From NCBI GenBank assembly GCA_943788985.1, contig CALSSJ010000017.1, positions 32,001-96,000 on the forward strand: a stretch of DNA of 64,000 nucleotides. The letters are read 5' to 3'. Origin of the DNA: an uncultured Lentisphaerales bacterium (lineage in GTDB: Bacteria; Verrucomicrobiota; Lentisphaeria; JABSQK01; UBA12247). A model generated the notes under the pieces. The model saw nothing but the letters and a program-made list of their open reading frames with translations. It made no database searches and was not told where the DNA came from. Shown piece by piece: positions 50,934-61,898 of the stretch. Position numbers and translations under genes: made by a program. The stretch's first letter is position 1. Each line of letters begins with the position of its first letter.

Positions 50934-52058
50934 ATGAATATCGACATTGACTTTAATCAAGCGCCGTTGCTACTAATCTGGGGAAGTAACCCGCGCCTGT
51001 GAGCTAGCCTGCCAGCACTGTCGCGCCTCGGCGATCAACTGCCGAGATAGCATGGAGCTGACGCTGGAAGAGGGAAAAACCTTGCTGGACCAAACTGCAG
51101 CGATGGGCACATCACTGGTGGTGTTCACGGGGGGGGGGATCCGCTTCAACGCGATGACCTTGAAGATCTAATCCGCTATGGAAAGAAGATCGGCCTGCGG
51201 ATCGCGACGATCCCCGCCACGACCGACCGTGTCACGCCAGAGCGCGTGCAAAGCCTGAAAGACGCCGGTCTTGACCAGATGGCGATCAGCATCGATGCCA
51301 GCAACGCCGCAGACCATGATTCGTTTCGTCGCGTCCCGGGGTCGTTCGACATTGCCATGAAGGCGGCGAAATACGCCCGAGATATCGATCTTCCGCTGCA
51401 GGTCAACACCGTATTCTGCAAGTGGAATGCTGACCAGTTTGCGGACCTCGCAACGATGGTTCAGGATCTGGGGGTGGCGTTCTGGGAGGTGTTCTTTCTG
51501 GTGCCGACTGGCCGTGGTGAAAGCTTGGAAGGCTGCACGCTCGATCCAGTACCGTGAGCTGTTCGACCAATTACACGAGCTGTCAGAGCGCGTTGATTTT
51601 ATCGTCAAAGTCACGGAGGCTCCGCAATATCGCAGGTACGTGCAATGGAAGAGTGAGCAAGGCCAGGGCAATGCCGAGGCCGATACCGTGCAGAAACAAG
51701 TACCAGGGCTGCGGGTGTCACGCGCAGGCCTTAACTCCGATCAAGGATTCGGCTTCGTGGACTACTTGGGCAATACCTATCCCAGCGGCCTTCTTAACTT
51801 GGTGGCGGGCGAGGTAGGCGCCCGGACTATTGTCGACATCTATCGTGACTCGTCATTGTTCCGGCTGCTGCGCATCCTACGCAGTTGATGGGTGCGTGCC
51901 ACTGGTGCGAGTACAACGAGCTGTGCGGCGGCTCCCGCGCCCGAGCACGGGCGCTGACCAGCGACTACATGGCCGCCGAGCCGCATTGTGTGCTCGGCGA
52001 GGAAGTCATGAACCGGCACTTGCGCGACCTGGCAGAGAAGGAGAAAGCTATGAGCTGA
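50934..52058 (+). pseudogene. Radical SAM/SPASM protein (NirJ/AhbD-like), about 4 frameshifts
   Basis: Reconstructed IWEVTRACELACQHCRA, FTGGDP, HDSFR.VPGSF, QVNT, FFLVPTGRG, TEAPQYRR, C..CEYNELCGGSRARA. Confidence 0.75.
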
Positions 52059-52152
52059 AACGAGCCCCTCGCTCCTAGTGACGGCAGTCATCCTTGGCGG
52101 ATCGGAGTATTGTACAACGCTGTGATCTGCCCACTCTTACGACTTGACTGCC

Positions 52153-52965
52153 ATGACGGAAAAAGCTGCACAGCTCGAGCAACTGCTCAAAGACTACGGG
52201 AGCATCGCAATCGCCTTCTCAGGCGGGGTAGATAGCACGTACCTGGCTGCGGTCGCACAGCGTGTATTGCCGGGGAAGGTGCTGCTACTGAACGCGCGCT
52301 CACCGTCCTTCCCCGCTGAAGAGGCAGAGTTTGTTGCGGAGTTCGCAAAAACTTGGGACTTGCCACTGCGGGTGGTGGAGACGCAGGAACTGGCGATCAA
52401 GCAGTATGGCGAAAACTTGCCGTCGCGCTGCTTTTTCTGCCGCACGGAGATGTACAGCCAGCTGAAGCCAATCGCCGAAGAGACGGGGATGGCGGTGCTG
52501 GCTGACGGCGCGAATATGGATGACCGCAGTGATTTTCGCCCAGGCGCGAAGGCCGCAAAAAAGTGGGGAATTCGTCACCCGCTGCAAGATGTAGAGCTGA
52601 CCAAGGACGAGATCCGAGCGTTATCGCGGGAGTTGAACCTGCCGACTTGGGATAAGCCAGCATTTGCCTGCCTAGCATCGCGCATTCCTTATGGCGAAAA
52701 AATCACAAAGTCGAAGTTGGACCGCGTCGAACGTGCGGAGATCGCACTGCGAGCACGGGGATTTCGGGTATATCGGGTACGAAGCCACGAGGACTTGGCG
52801 CGGATCGAACTGGGCCAGGACGAGCTTGGTCGTGCCTTCGGAATGCGTGAGGAGTTGGTGACGGCGATGCGGGATGTCGGCTACGCGTATGTCACGCTGG
52901 ACCTGCAGGGCTATCGATCGGGATCGATGAACGAAGTGCTGGACCTGCCCAAAGTAGAGGTTTGA
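52153..52965 (+). CDS. larE: ATP-dependent sulfur transferase LarE
   Basis: AFSGGVDS PP-loop, RCFFC, DD..DFRPG, WDKPAFACLASRIPYG, RVRSH..LARIE, TLDL.GYRSGSMN. Confidence 0.92.
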   Translation: MTEKAAQLEQLLKDYGSIAIAFSGGVDSTYLAAVAQRVLPGKVLLLNARSPSFPAEEAEFVAEFAKTWDLPLRVVETQELAIKQYGENLPSRCFFCRTEMYSQLKPIAEETGMAVLADGANMDDRSDFRPGAKAAKKWGIRHPLQDVELTKDEIRALSRELNLPTWDKPAFACLASRIPYGEKITKSKLDRVERAEIALRARGFRVYRVRSHEDLARIELGQDELGRAFGMREELVTAMRDVGYAYVTLDLQGYRSGSMNEVLDLPKVEV

Positions 52966-53477
52966 GTGCGGGCATGATCGAGGTCACGCTCATTCTGGAT
53001 CGGTTGCGGAGTGCGCACAACGTGGGCAATATTTTCCGGCTGGCCGAGCTGTGCCAAGTTCGGGAGGTCATTACCTGCGGGTATACCGCTGCTCCCCCAC
53101 ACCCCAAGCTTGCGAAGACCGCACGCGGCTGCGAAACACTGGTGAGTACCCGCCGTTGTGAGACCGCGGCGCAGGCTGTGAGTGAGGTGCAGGCCGCTGG
53201 TGTGACGGTTCTGGCAGTCGAGACCGGGCCTGGCTCTCAGCTGATTTGGGAAGCGCCGCTGACGGCACCTTGTGCCTTTGTCCTGGGGAACGAGGCGCTG
53301 GGGGTCAGCGCCGAAGTGCTCGCCTGTTGTGACGGTGTCGTGAGACTGCCAGTGTTCGGGTTTAAGAACTCCCTGAACGTCGGCAACTGTGCGGCGGTCA
53401 TCCTTTACGAGTGCATTCGCCGGTGGTCTCCGGTAGAGCCGCCACGCAACGACCAGGATCAAGAGCGAGAAGCATGA
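52962..53477 (+). CDS. TrmH/SpoU family RNA methyltransferase
   Basis: RSAHNVGNIFR, VLGNEALG, G.KNSLNV. Confidence 0.9.
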   Translation: MSAGMIEVTLILDRLRSAHNVGNIFRLAELCQVREVITCGYTAAPPHPKLAKTARGCETLVSTRRCETAAQAVSEVQAAGVTVLAVETGPGSQLIWEAPLTAPCAFVLGNEALGVSAEVLACCDGVVRLPVFGFKNSLNVGNCAAVILYECIRRWSPVEPPRNDQDQEREA

Positions 53478-54497
53478 ACGAAGAGCCAGTCGCGCAAGAT
53501 AAATTGCAGCCAATCAGGCGCAAGGCCACGCTCGCTACCCTCGCCATCCTAGCAGTAATGGCGATCGCTGCAGTGCTGTCTGGGCACGACGTATTCGACA
53601 CGCTTGCGCATCTGGCACAGGTGATCTTTATCGGGGCACCGATCGTACTGGTGCTTTTCGCAGCCCGCGTCCCAAGCACAAACCGCAAACAAGATCGGCT
53701 GGTGCTCACTGCGCTCGGAACGGCGGTAGTCTGCGGTGGCATCGGCTACTACGCGACGCAGGTCGAGCCGTTCTGGCTGGAAGTCACGCACACCACTCTC
53801 TCCAGCTCGAAGGTATCAAAGCCGGTGCGAATCGCCATCGTGGCCGACATTCAGACGGATCACATCGGCCCGTACGAAGCGCGCGTGTTTCAGGCAGTGG
53901 TAGAAGAAAAGCCGGACCTCATTCTGTTTGCGGGCGATAATCTCCAAGCCCCGCCAGAGAAGCGCGAGCTGCTGCTTGAGACGTTGAATCAGGCACTTCG
54001 CACGGCAAATTTCGAAACAACTCTGGGGATGGTAGCGGTCCGCGGAAATACGGACTACGCCTCCAGCTGGGAGCAGGCGTACGACGGGCTGGGCGTGCAC
54101 TGCCTGACCAATCAAGACGTCCAACTTTCTGAAGAAATTGAAGTGATGGGCCTTGGGCTACGCGAGTCCATCTTTGAGCCGCCAGCCATGCCGGAGACCA
54201 AACATTTTAGGATTATGGTCGGGCATTCGCCAGACTTCGCGCTGGCCAATCCAGATGCAGATCTGATGATCGCCGGTCACACCCATGGCGGGCAGGTCCG
54301 GCTGCCTGGATTTGGTGCCATCGTCTCGTTTTGCCGGGTGCCGCGCGATTGGCTGGCGGGCCTGCACGATGTGAACGGCAAGTGGGCTCTACGTCTCACG
54401 AGGTATCGGCATGGAGCGCGGCCATGCGCCCCGATTGCGCTTTTTCTGCCGCCCGGAACTAGCGATCATTACGCTAGAGCCAGAGCAGCCGTACTGA
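53474..54497 (+). CDS. Membrane-bound metallophosphoesterase (one apparent frameshift near 54385)
   Basis: ADIQ, FAGD, RGNTD, HSPD, GHTHGGQ; removing one G restores LYVSRGIG...RFFCRPE. Confidence 0.85.
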
Positions 54498-54529
54498 CAT
54501 CAGATTTCCGAGACAGCCGGGGGCCCGCA

Positions 54530-56288
54530 TCATGCGACCCGCGATTCCATGCTCTGGTGGCGCAGAAGTTCGGCGTACTCGCCACCGTCCCGGATGGCCA
54601 ACTCATCATGCGTGCCCTTCTCCACGATGCGACCATCGCGAAAAACCAGAATGATATCTGCATCACGGATGGTGCTGAGTCGGTGGGCAATGACGACGGT
54701 GGTCACTTGGCCCGTGAGTACCTCGATAGCCCCTTGGACAAGGCGCTCTGAAACAGAGTCCAAGGCGCTGGTGGCCTCGTCCAACACGAGAATGGATGGT
54801 TCTCGCAAAATGGCGCGCGCCAGAGCAATGCGCTGGCGCTGACCGCCGGAAAGCAGGACACCGCCTTCGCCGCACTGAGAGTCATAGCCGTCCTTTAGCT
54901 CCAGGATGAAATCGTGGGCATGGGCACGGCGCGCCGCTTCAACCACCTTGGCCTGTGGGACATCGCCATAGGCATGCACAATATTCTCTAGGATCGTCCC
55001 ACTGAACAGGATTGGGTCTTGATTCACTACCGCAATCTGGCGCCGCACACTCCTCATGTTCAATTCGTTCACGGGGAAGCCATCGATCGAGATGACGCCG
55101 TCATTTGTCCGGTAGAGACCGAGCATCAGATTCACGAACGTGCTCTTGCCAGCGCCCGACTGCCCAACCAAGGCAACCGTGGTGCCAGCGGGGATCTTCA
55201 GGTCAAGGTCCATCACCGCGCACTTGCCTTCGTCATAAGCAAACGAGACATGATCAAAGCCGATCTCTCCGCGAACCGTGTCAAGGCAGCGCTTGCCTTG
55301 ATTGTATTCTACGTCCGGAGACTCAAGCACTTCGCGGATGGAGCTGGTGGCTTCGGCGAACGCCGTGAGCGTGGGAAAGACGTTTACGATCTGGACGAAG
55401 TTGTTTCGAATCATGCCGACGTAAGTCACGAACAACATCATCTCGCCGATGGTCAGCGCGCCATCAATCACTTTTGCGGCGGCAAAGCCGAGGACAAGAA
55501 TGTGAAAGCCGATATTGGTGGATTTCACCAGTGCGCTGAACAGCCCTACCTGGGCCTCGGCTTCGGTGGATTTCTCGACAACTTCAGCGCTGATGTTGTC
55601 GACCCTTCCGACGCTCGAAGCCTTCGTGGCCGTGGAGGCGGGCTAGTAGCGATGTCTGCAAGAAGGTGGATACCGAGGAACTGAGGTCTTCTCGAGCCAG
55701 ACGCTCGAAGTGGCGGCTCCGTCGCACGCTGCCCTTGAAGATCTTAACGAAGAACAACAAGACCGGGAAAATAACAAGAAACATCAACAGGACACGAGCA
55801 TTCACGAAGCAAAGCACGCCGACTAGGACACCAAGCATGACGATGGCATTGAAGACGTTGTTCACGAAAACGTTCGCGAACTGCTCCGTGCGGTCGACAT
55901 CCACCATGATTTTGGAGTAGTAGCGCCCGCTGTCTTTGGAGTAGAAATAGGTCAGAGACAGCGTTTGTAGACGGCTTACAATCTTATTTCTCAGGTCACG
56001 CGAGACCTCTTTAATCACCCGCACAAAGATCGCTCGTTGCGCAGTGGCAAAGAGCACATTCAAGGCTAAAAGGACCGCCATAATGCCAATCACGGCCAAA
56101 ATCCCCCGCTTGTCTTGGGCCGGGATGTAGTGGTCGACCACCACCTTCACCAAAACGGGCATGGCCAGCTGCGGCAACATCGTGTAGATCTGAAACGCCA
56201 GCGACCAGACAGTGGGCCTGACGTGCCCGCCAAAAAAGCTGCAATAGAAGCATACCGCTTCGCCAAAGCTGGCTTTTTCCTTTGCCAC
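54530..56288 (-). CDS. ABC exporter, fused permease/ATP-binding (one apparent frameshift near 55604)
   Basis: TM domain; GQSGAGKST, LSGGQRQR, VLDEATSALD, IAHRLST. Confidence 0.9.
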
Positions 56289-56291
56289 CGG

Positions 56292-57488
56292 CTACCTCTT
56301 ACCCACTAAAAGCATGATGGCGGATTGCTGGCCGACCTGGATCTCGCAGAGCGCACCGCTCCCAACCCGAAGTACATCATGCCCCTCAGTGATGACGATC
56401 GAAACGTCATAAAAGATCTCGGTACCATCGTACACCCCGTGGGTGGCGACAAAGTGAACCTTGCCGCGGTAAATCTCGTGGCGCAAATAGTTGTACAGGT
56501 CTGATTTGATCAGTGCGGACTGGCCTAGCTTGATCTCGCTGAAGCGTGATTCTGGGACTCGGCATTTGATCAGCTTCGGCTCGTTTCCTGACAGGGTGAT
56601 TAGATCTGTGCCGATCTCGACACGCTGGCTGGTAGAGGCTTGAATGCCCACGACGCGACCGCTGAACGGCGCACGAATCGTCAGTCGTTGCTGGCTAACT
56701 TTGAGCGCGCTCAGCTCAAGTCTCGCTTGCACCAGTTGGTGCTTCAGGCTCCGCTGCTGCCGAGCCACCTGCGCCTCCACCTCGGCGATGTTGGCTGCTG
56801 TGTCATGGTGCTGATAAACCAGATCCCTCAGCTGATCCCGAAGCCTCTGGGCAACGGTCTCCGCAGCCAGTTCCGCACGCCGCAGGTTTAGCCGAGCGGC
56901 CTCGAGCTTGCTGCCAGAGATCACTCCCTCCTCTTCAAGCGACTCGACACGCACCAGCTCTTGGTGCCGGTGTTCCACCTCCAGGCTCGCCTGGGCCAAC
57001 GCAGAGCTAGCCGGCATTAGGCCATCAGGCAGCGTGCCTGTGGCTGTTGTTTCCGCCAGCACCTCAGTGATGTCAGCCGTTGGCAGTAGTGACCTCAGCT
57101 GATCCTTCTGGTAGGCGTTCTCCGCGCGGAACTGCGCAAGAGCGAGCCTCGGTGCAGCCTGCTCGTCTGACAACGCTGCAAGTTTTTCCTGGTAGTGTCT
57201 GAGTTCCTGCTCAAGGCTAGAGATTTGAGCTGCGAGCCCCTGAAGATCGGCCAGGATAATCAAGGGCTGGTCGTGTTCTACGTCCCCCCCGTCTTCGACC
57301 AGAATTTCGCGAACCATCACATCCTTCATGGGCGAGCCAACCGTCACTTGGTCAGCTGACTCCACCACCCCGCGCACAATGACTCGCTCCTCTACTTGGA
57401 AGAGAAGCAGAAAGCCAACTCCCACCGGTACGAGGACAACAGCCATAATTTTGGCGAAGAGATATGACGACGGGGACTGATCACTCAC
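56292..57488 (-). CDS. HlyD-family membrane fusion/periplasmic adaptor protein
   Basis: N-terminal TM, ILVEDG..V, long coiled coil, IRAPFSGRV; start at GTG 57488 uncertain. Confidence 0.85.
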   Translation of the reverse strand: MSDQSPSSYLFAKIMAVVLVPVGVGFLLLFQVEERVIVRGVVESADQVTVGSPMKDVMVREILVEDGGDVEHDQPLIILADLQGLAAQISSLEQELRHYQEKLAALSDEQAAPRLALAQFRAENAYQKDQLRSLLPTADITEVLAETTATGTLPDGLMPASSALAQASLEVEHRHQELVRVESLEEEGVISGSKLEAARLNLRRAELAAETVAQRLRDQLRDLVYQHHDTAANIAEVEAQVARQQRSLKHQLVQARLELSALKVSQQRLTIRAPFSGRVVGIQASTSQRVEIGTDLITLSGNEPKLIKCRVPESRFSEIKLGQSALIKSDLYNYLRHEIYRGKVHFVATHGVYDGTEIFYDVSIVITEGHDVLRVGSGALCEIQVGQQSAIMLLVGKR

Positions 57489-57829
57489 AAGAACGGCAAA
57501 ACCGGTGCAACTGCACGGGGCAGTTTTGCCAAAGGACCTTCTACAAATACGTTGTTGGCGGCGACTGGGCAGATTTGCAAGGGATCCCGAGAGTCCGTGA
57601 ATCTGCCGCCAGAAACGGGCGATAGCTCTGTTTATTATCACCTCAGCAGGATGAATGCAAGCGGTGGGCGCTAAAACCGATGCATTAGAAGATCGCTTCC
57701 GCTGACAAAAGACCGACGATAGGTTTCCTAGCCTGTGGCTTGGTCGAGACAAGATCGAAAAAAAATAAAAAATGTGTGACACACTGCGGTTGAGGGCAGC
57801 TTTTATCCGGGCTCTCCGGACGAGCTGCG

Positions 57830-58307
57830 ATCAGCGGTCAATACGATCCTGCAGATCGACGGCCCCACCCTGGTGGCGTTTCCTCACGAGAACGCCCTGA
57901 ATGGCCAGGATTGCTACAAGACCATATCCACGGATTATGGTGAATACTGGAGTGATCCTATCCGCTTCCCCATACCGGTCTGTCACCGGCCTGTCGCGGA
58001 ACTCCTGCAGGATGGCCGTATCCTGATCACCTATCGGTACCTGCAGGGCGACGGAGGAACCGAATAGCTGGGGATCCGGGCGCAAAACTTTATGGCGGCC
58101 CTGACCAATGATGCCTCAGCGTTGGCCTATGACCGGAAGATGGCCGCCACCCGCATCCTAGCGATTGACTACGACCGTTCTCCGGTCGCCGATCTCGGAT
58201 ATTCCGGCTGGGTTCAGTTCGATGACGGCGAAATCTACATCGTCTACGATGCTCCCAAGGGGCAGATCCGAGGGTGTTCTCTACAGCCCACCGAGTTCGT
58301 CCTATAA
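57830..58307 (+). pseudogene. 3' remnant of a sialidase/BNR-repeat family gene
   Basis: STDYGEYWS Asp-box, L.DGRILITYR, DLGYSGWVQFDDGEIYIVY; in-frame stop at 58065-58067; no 5' part. Confidence 0.65.
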
Positions 58308-59071
58308 CCTATGACTGTATGGTAGTTTCACGTCCATCATGCGAATTAACAGGGAGCGGAATCTCTTTCAATCTCGCTGGCGCGCGTGCAGCCGCCGGTC
58401 GGGATAGGCAGAATAGGGGTAGGGACGACGCATTGGGTTGCTTCAGACCGTGCGTGTCAGGAAAGCCAGATGTTTAGCGGTGCTGCGGGTTGTAAAAGCT
58501 CACTGAAACCCGTGTTGACGGTCACCCCTAAAGACATTGTCAGGCGAATACGGGTATTCTCGCCACACCGCCTCAGGTTGGGTATTCCACAAGCACCGAT
58601 CTCGAGTGACTGAAGCGAAGTCGTGACCTTGCCATGAGTTTGCGATATCGCGGAAATGAATGTGGCACGTTTCAGCCCCAGGTAAAACGCCGTGCCAGTG
58701 ACTCAACGGTATCGATATCGCGAAATCAAGACCTGGATTTCGGAAGAGGCCGGGTCTGAAGCGTCACGCCGCGGCGCCCTATTTCGCAGATGACGCCAAG
58801 CGCAAGCAGCGGGAGACCGCCGATAAAGAGCATCGTTTTCACCCTCGAAATGGCCTCCGTGTCGACTCACTGTCCATGCTAGGAGCGTCGCCCGACTTCA
58901 ACATCATGGCCAAGGGATGGCCATGGCCGCCAAGAGTAACAGAAAGCCAACCGGCTGGCAAGCGACAATAGTTCGTCATCAGGATAGATTCGGGTGCTTG
59001 GTCCCTTACTTGTCTCCGTTCGGGTTCGTTCAGGTTCGTTGTAAAGAATTGTGCGTCGTGTAGCTTTCGCT

Positions 59072-60085
59072 ATGCAGACCAAATCACAGCCTCCGCAACC
59101 CGCGCTAGCGCTCATCGCTTTTGTGCTCCTCACAGGATCAGCCCTGTTCGGTGTTCTGGCTCTGGCCATGCGGTACTTGCCGTATGAGGTGACGATGGCG
59201 TTCAAGATGCCGGAGAGTGGCGGCAGCGATCGCGGTGGGGGACGCTCGAAGCTGGATCGGCTGTTTCGCACGCGAGGCGGCGTGCACGCGCTTCGAGACA
59301 CCATGCCCAAGAGTGCGCTGGACGCCGTCAAAAGCCAGCAAAGTGCGCGAGAGCGCGGAGCTGGCGAGGGCCTTCCACTTACGGTCTCGTCAAAGCAGCA
59401 GGCGCTATTTCGGCAAGCGCACATGGCGCACCAGTTGCTGGTGCGTAATTTTGGCGAGCCGCTGCACAAGGCATCTGCGGACTTGGCACGGGTCCCAGTC
59501 AAGGCCGATGCCAAGTTTATGCCCTATGAGACGGGGCGCTTCTCGAATGATTTGCTGTGGATGAATCTGGCGCATGAACAGAGCCCGCCGGTGATTGAGG
59601 AATTGCACGTCAAGAGCCGCTGGTTGGTGGGACAGGACGAAGCATTTTTCGAAGATCTGTTTCATGCGGGCCTGGGGACTCTGAACGGGGGGGATGCGAA
59701 GTCCGCAATCGACTTTCTGCATCTGGCGCAGCAGGCCTGGCCGGTGACGGACCGCTCCTATGGGTCTGTCCATCTGGCGCTGGTTTCGGCCTACGCCGTG
59801 GATAATCAACTGGATCCTGTGGTGACGGGTATGGAAGACTTCAAGGAGGTCTATCCTGACTGGATGTACATCGAGCTTTTCGCTAAGGATCTGGAGGAGT
59901 TTCATGACGTCTACGGGGACATCGGGGCGCTTTATGTGCTGCGTGCCCGACTGTCGCAGCTGGTGCATGATGACCGAACGGCGTCTGAGTTGTATGAGAA
60001 GGCGTTTCGCGCCGGGCTGACGGGCGACAGTGTCCAAGAAGTCAGAGAGTGGCAGGCCGCGGCAAAATCGAGTAGCCCAAAATGA
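59072..60085 (+). CDS. Hypothetical membrane-anchored protein with TPR-like C-terminus
   Basis: N-terminal TM; helical A..LYEKA pattern; ATGA overlap with next gene. Confidence 0.65.
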   Translation: MQTKSQPPQPALALIAFVLLTGSALFGVLALAMRYLPYEVTMAFKMPESGGSDRGGGRSKLDRLFRTRGGVHALRDTMPKSALDAVKSQQSARERGAGEGLPLTVSSKQQALFRQAHMAHQLLVRNFGEPLHKASADLARVPVKADAKFMPYETGRFSNDLLWMNLAHEQSPPVIEELHVKSRWLVGQDEAFFEDLFHAGLGTLNGGDAKSAIDFLHLAQQAWPVTDRSYGSVHLALVSAYAVDNQLDPVVTGMEDFKEVYPDWMYIELFAKDLEEFHDVYGDIGALYVLRARLSQLVHDDRTASELYEKAFRAGLTGDSVQEVREWQAAAKSSSPK

Positions 60086-60777
60086 CTTTTCTCCTCGCTT
60101 CCGGCTGGACCACCCTCCTCTACTTTGGTTTCTTTGTGCGCTCCAAATACCGGACGGTCAAACCGCCGTATGAGCGTTTTGTGCTCTTCGCAATGGCTGG
60201 CATGCTGTCGACGATTCCTGCGGCCTATTTTAACGCACGGGTGTTGAATGATACCGCGCTGAACTTCTTCGAGACCCCAGACATCAGAATGGGAGTACTG
60301 GGGGTATTTCTGGCGCCGGGACTTGGGGAAGAGTTTTGGAAGATGGCGGCTGGTTTGCTCGTGGTTAGCTGCCTAAATCGGCGGAGTCGCCCGGTGCAGC
60401 CCGCGGAGTGCGTGCTGGGCTTTGCCGTGGTTGGGATGGCGTTCGCGGTAATCGAGAACATCTGGAGCTATGGGGACGGGGGGGCTGCCTATCTGCTGCT
60501 GCGCGGTTTGATCGCCGTGCCGCTGCACACGTCTATGTGCATGCTGCATGGCGTGGGGGTGCTGCTGTACTGGAAAAGGCGCCGCGCCTGGCCGCTCTAT
60601 GTGTTTTATCTCACAACGGCGCTGCTGCACGGCCTCTGGGATGTGGCGAGTATCTACGGCAGCAGTGTGCGCGAGATCTGGCTGCCGCTGAGCGTGATCG
60701 CGGTCTACACGCTGGCGATCAGCGTGTGGTGCGCTGTGCCGGAGCGCCAAGCGCAACCGCAAGGGCTTTCCGCGTAG
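60082..60777 (+). CDS. PrsW-family glutamic-type intramembrane protease
   Basis: EEFWK, FAVIEN, AVPLH, LHGLWD. Confidence 0.85.
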   Translation: MTFLLASGWTTLLYFGFFVRSKYRTVKPPYERFVLFAMAGMLSTIPAAYFNARVLNDTALNFFETPDIRMGVLGVFLAPGLGEEFWKMAAGLLVVSCLNRRSRPVQPAECVLGFAVVGMAFAVIENIWSYGDGGAAYLLLRGLIAVPLHTSMCMLHGVGVLLYWKRRRAWPLYVFYLTTALLHGLWDVASIYGSSVREIWLPLSVIAVYTLAISVWCAVPERQAQPQGLSA

Positions 60778-61762
60778 CACGATCGCAGGCTAGGTCCTCG
60801 AGTTCGTCAACGGGCACCCAGCGATGCGGCTTAGCGACGGCTGCGAACTCCGCAAAACCTTGAAGAACGGAAAGTGTCAGCCGAAAGTGGGTGTAGACAT
60901 GGACGACTGCCTGAAGCTCTTCGCTGCGTTGCAGGGCGATTCCAAGGGCGGCAAGCGCCTCGCTCAAGCTGGTTTGATCTGCTGCGGTAGGCAGCTCCCA
61001 GAGTCCGCCCAGAAAACCATCGGTGGGCCGCTGGTGCATCAATACGCCTTGGTCTGTCGCTAGACACACCGCAACCTTCTCGCGCTCCGGAGACGGTGGC
61101 CGCTTTGGCAGATTCGGCAATTGCTCGACGGTGCCTTCTTCGAAAGCAACACACCAGGTCCGACAGGGGCAGGACAGGCACGCGGGCGAGCGCGGGGTAC
61201 AGACGAGCGCCCCGATCTCCATGATCGCCTGATTAAAGGCGTTGGCGCAGTTTTCTTGGATGGCTGGCAAGAGTTGCTGACGCAGTGCGCGTTTTGCCTT
61301 CGGCCGAGTGAGGTCTTCGGCGAGTCCTAAGAGCCGTGAGCTGACGCGAATGACGTTTCCGTCGATGACTGGTTCAGGCTCGCCAAAACAGATGCTGGCG
61401 ATGGCCGCAGATGTGTAATCGCCGATTCCTTTGAGTTTACGGAGTTCGCAAGCGCTCCGAGGGAACTCGCCCAAGTCGCTGACTTGGCGGGCGGCGGCGT
61501 GGAGATTACGCGCGCGAGAGTAGTAGCCCAGCCCTTCCCAGGCCTTGAGCACATCATCGAGCGGTGCCTCAGCCAGGGCCTGCAGCGTTGGGAAGCGGGC
61601 CATGAAGCGCTCGTAGTAGGGAATAGCGGCCACGACGCGGGTCTGCTGCAGCATGATCTCGCTCACCCATACTCGGTAGGGATCGCGCGTCTGCCGCCAT
61701 GGCAAGTCTCTGCCTTCGCGCCGATACCAATCCACCAGGGCGGCTGCCCATTCTGTTGCCAT
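60719..61762 (-). CDS. mutY: A/G-specific adenine glycosylase
   Basis: RDLPWR, VWVSEIMLQQT, WEGLGYYSRARNL, GIGDYT, DGNVIRV, C..C..C..C Fe-S motif, GLWELP. Confidence 0.96.
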   Translation of the reverse strand: MATEWAAALVDWYRREGRDLPWRQTRDPYRVWVSEIMLQQTRVVAAIPYYERFMARFPTLQALAEAPLDDVLKAWEGLGYYSRARNLHAAARQVSDLGEFPRSACELRKLKGIGDYTSAAIASICFGEPEPVIDGNVIRVSSRLLGLAEDLTRPKAKRALRQQLLPAIQENCANAFNQAIMEIGALVCTPRSPACLSCPCRTWCVAFEEGTVEQLPNLPKRPPSPEREKVAVCLATDQGVLMHQRPTDGFLGGLWELPTAADQTSLSEALAALGIALQRSEELQAVVHVYTHFRLTLSVLQGFAEFAAVAKPHRWVPVDELEDLACDRATRKALAVALGAPAQRTTR

Positions 61763-61833
61763 TTTTGTACTTCCCGACTGTGCTCTGACAATTTCGTGAC
61801 AACTGGAGGGCCTTTCCGAGGCAAGCTTCATCT

Positions 61834-61849
61834 TGGCATCGTTTCTGCA
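61834..61849 (+). promoter_or_regulatory. Sigma-54 (-24/-12) promoter
   Basis: TGGCATCGTTTCTGCA = GG-N10-GC, ~50 bp before ATG 61899. Confidence 0.6.
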
Positions 61850-61898
61850 TAGGTCCAATTGGACGAGGTCGATTTACCTAAATGAACCGAGATTGACC

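Noticed and set aside
51129..51138. G10 tract as a phase-variation switch
   Set aside because: Falls in the Gly-Gly codons of TGGDP, and the window shows systematic G/C-run overcalls; cannot be separated from error without reads
58700..58860. Possible second esterase remnant (IKTWISEE)
   Set aside because: Match too short to support
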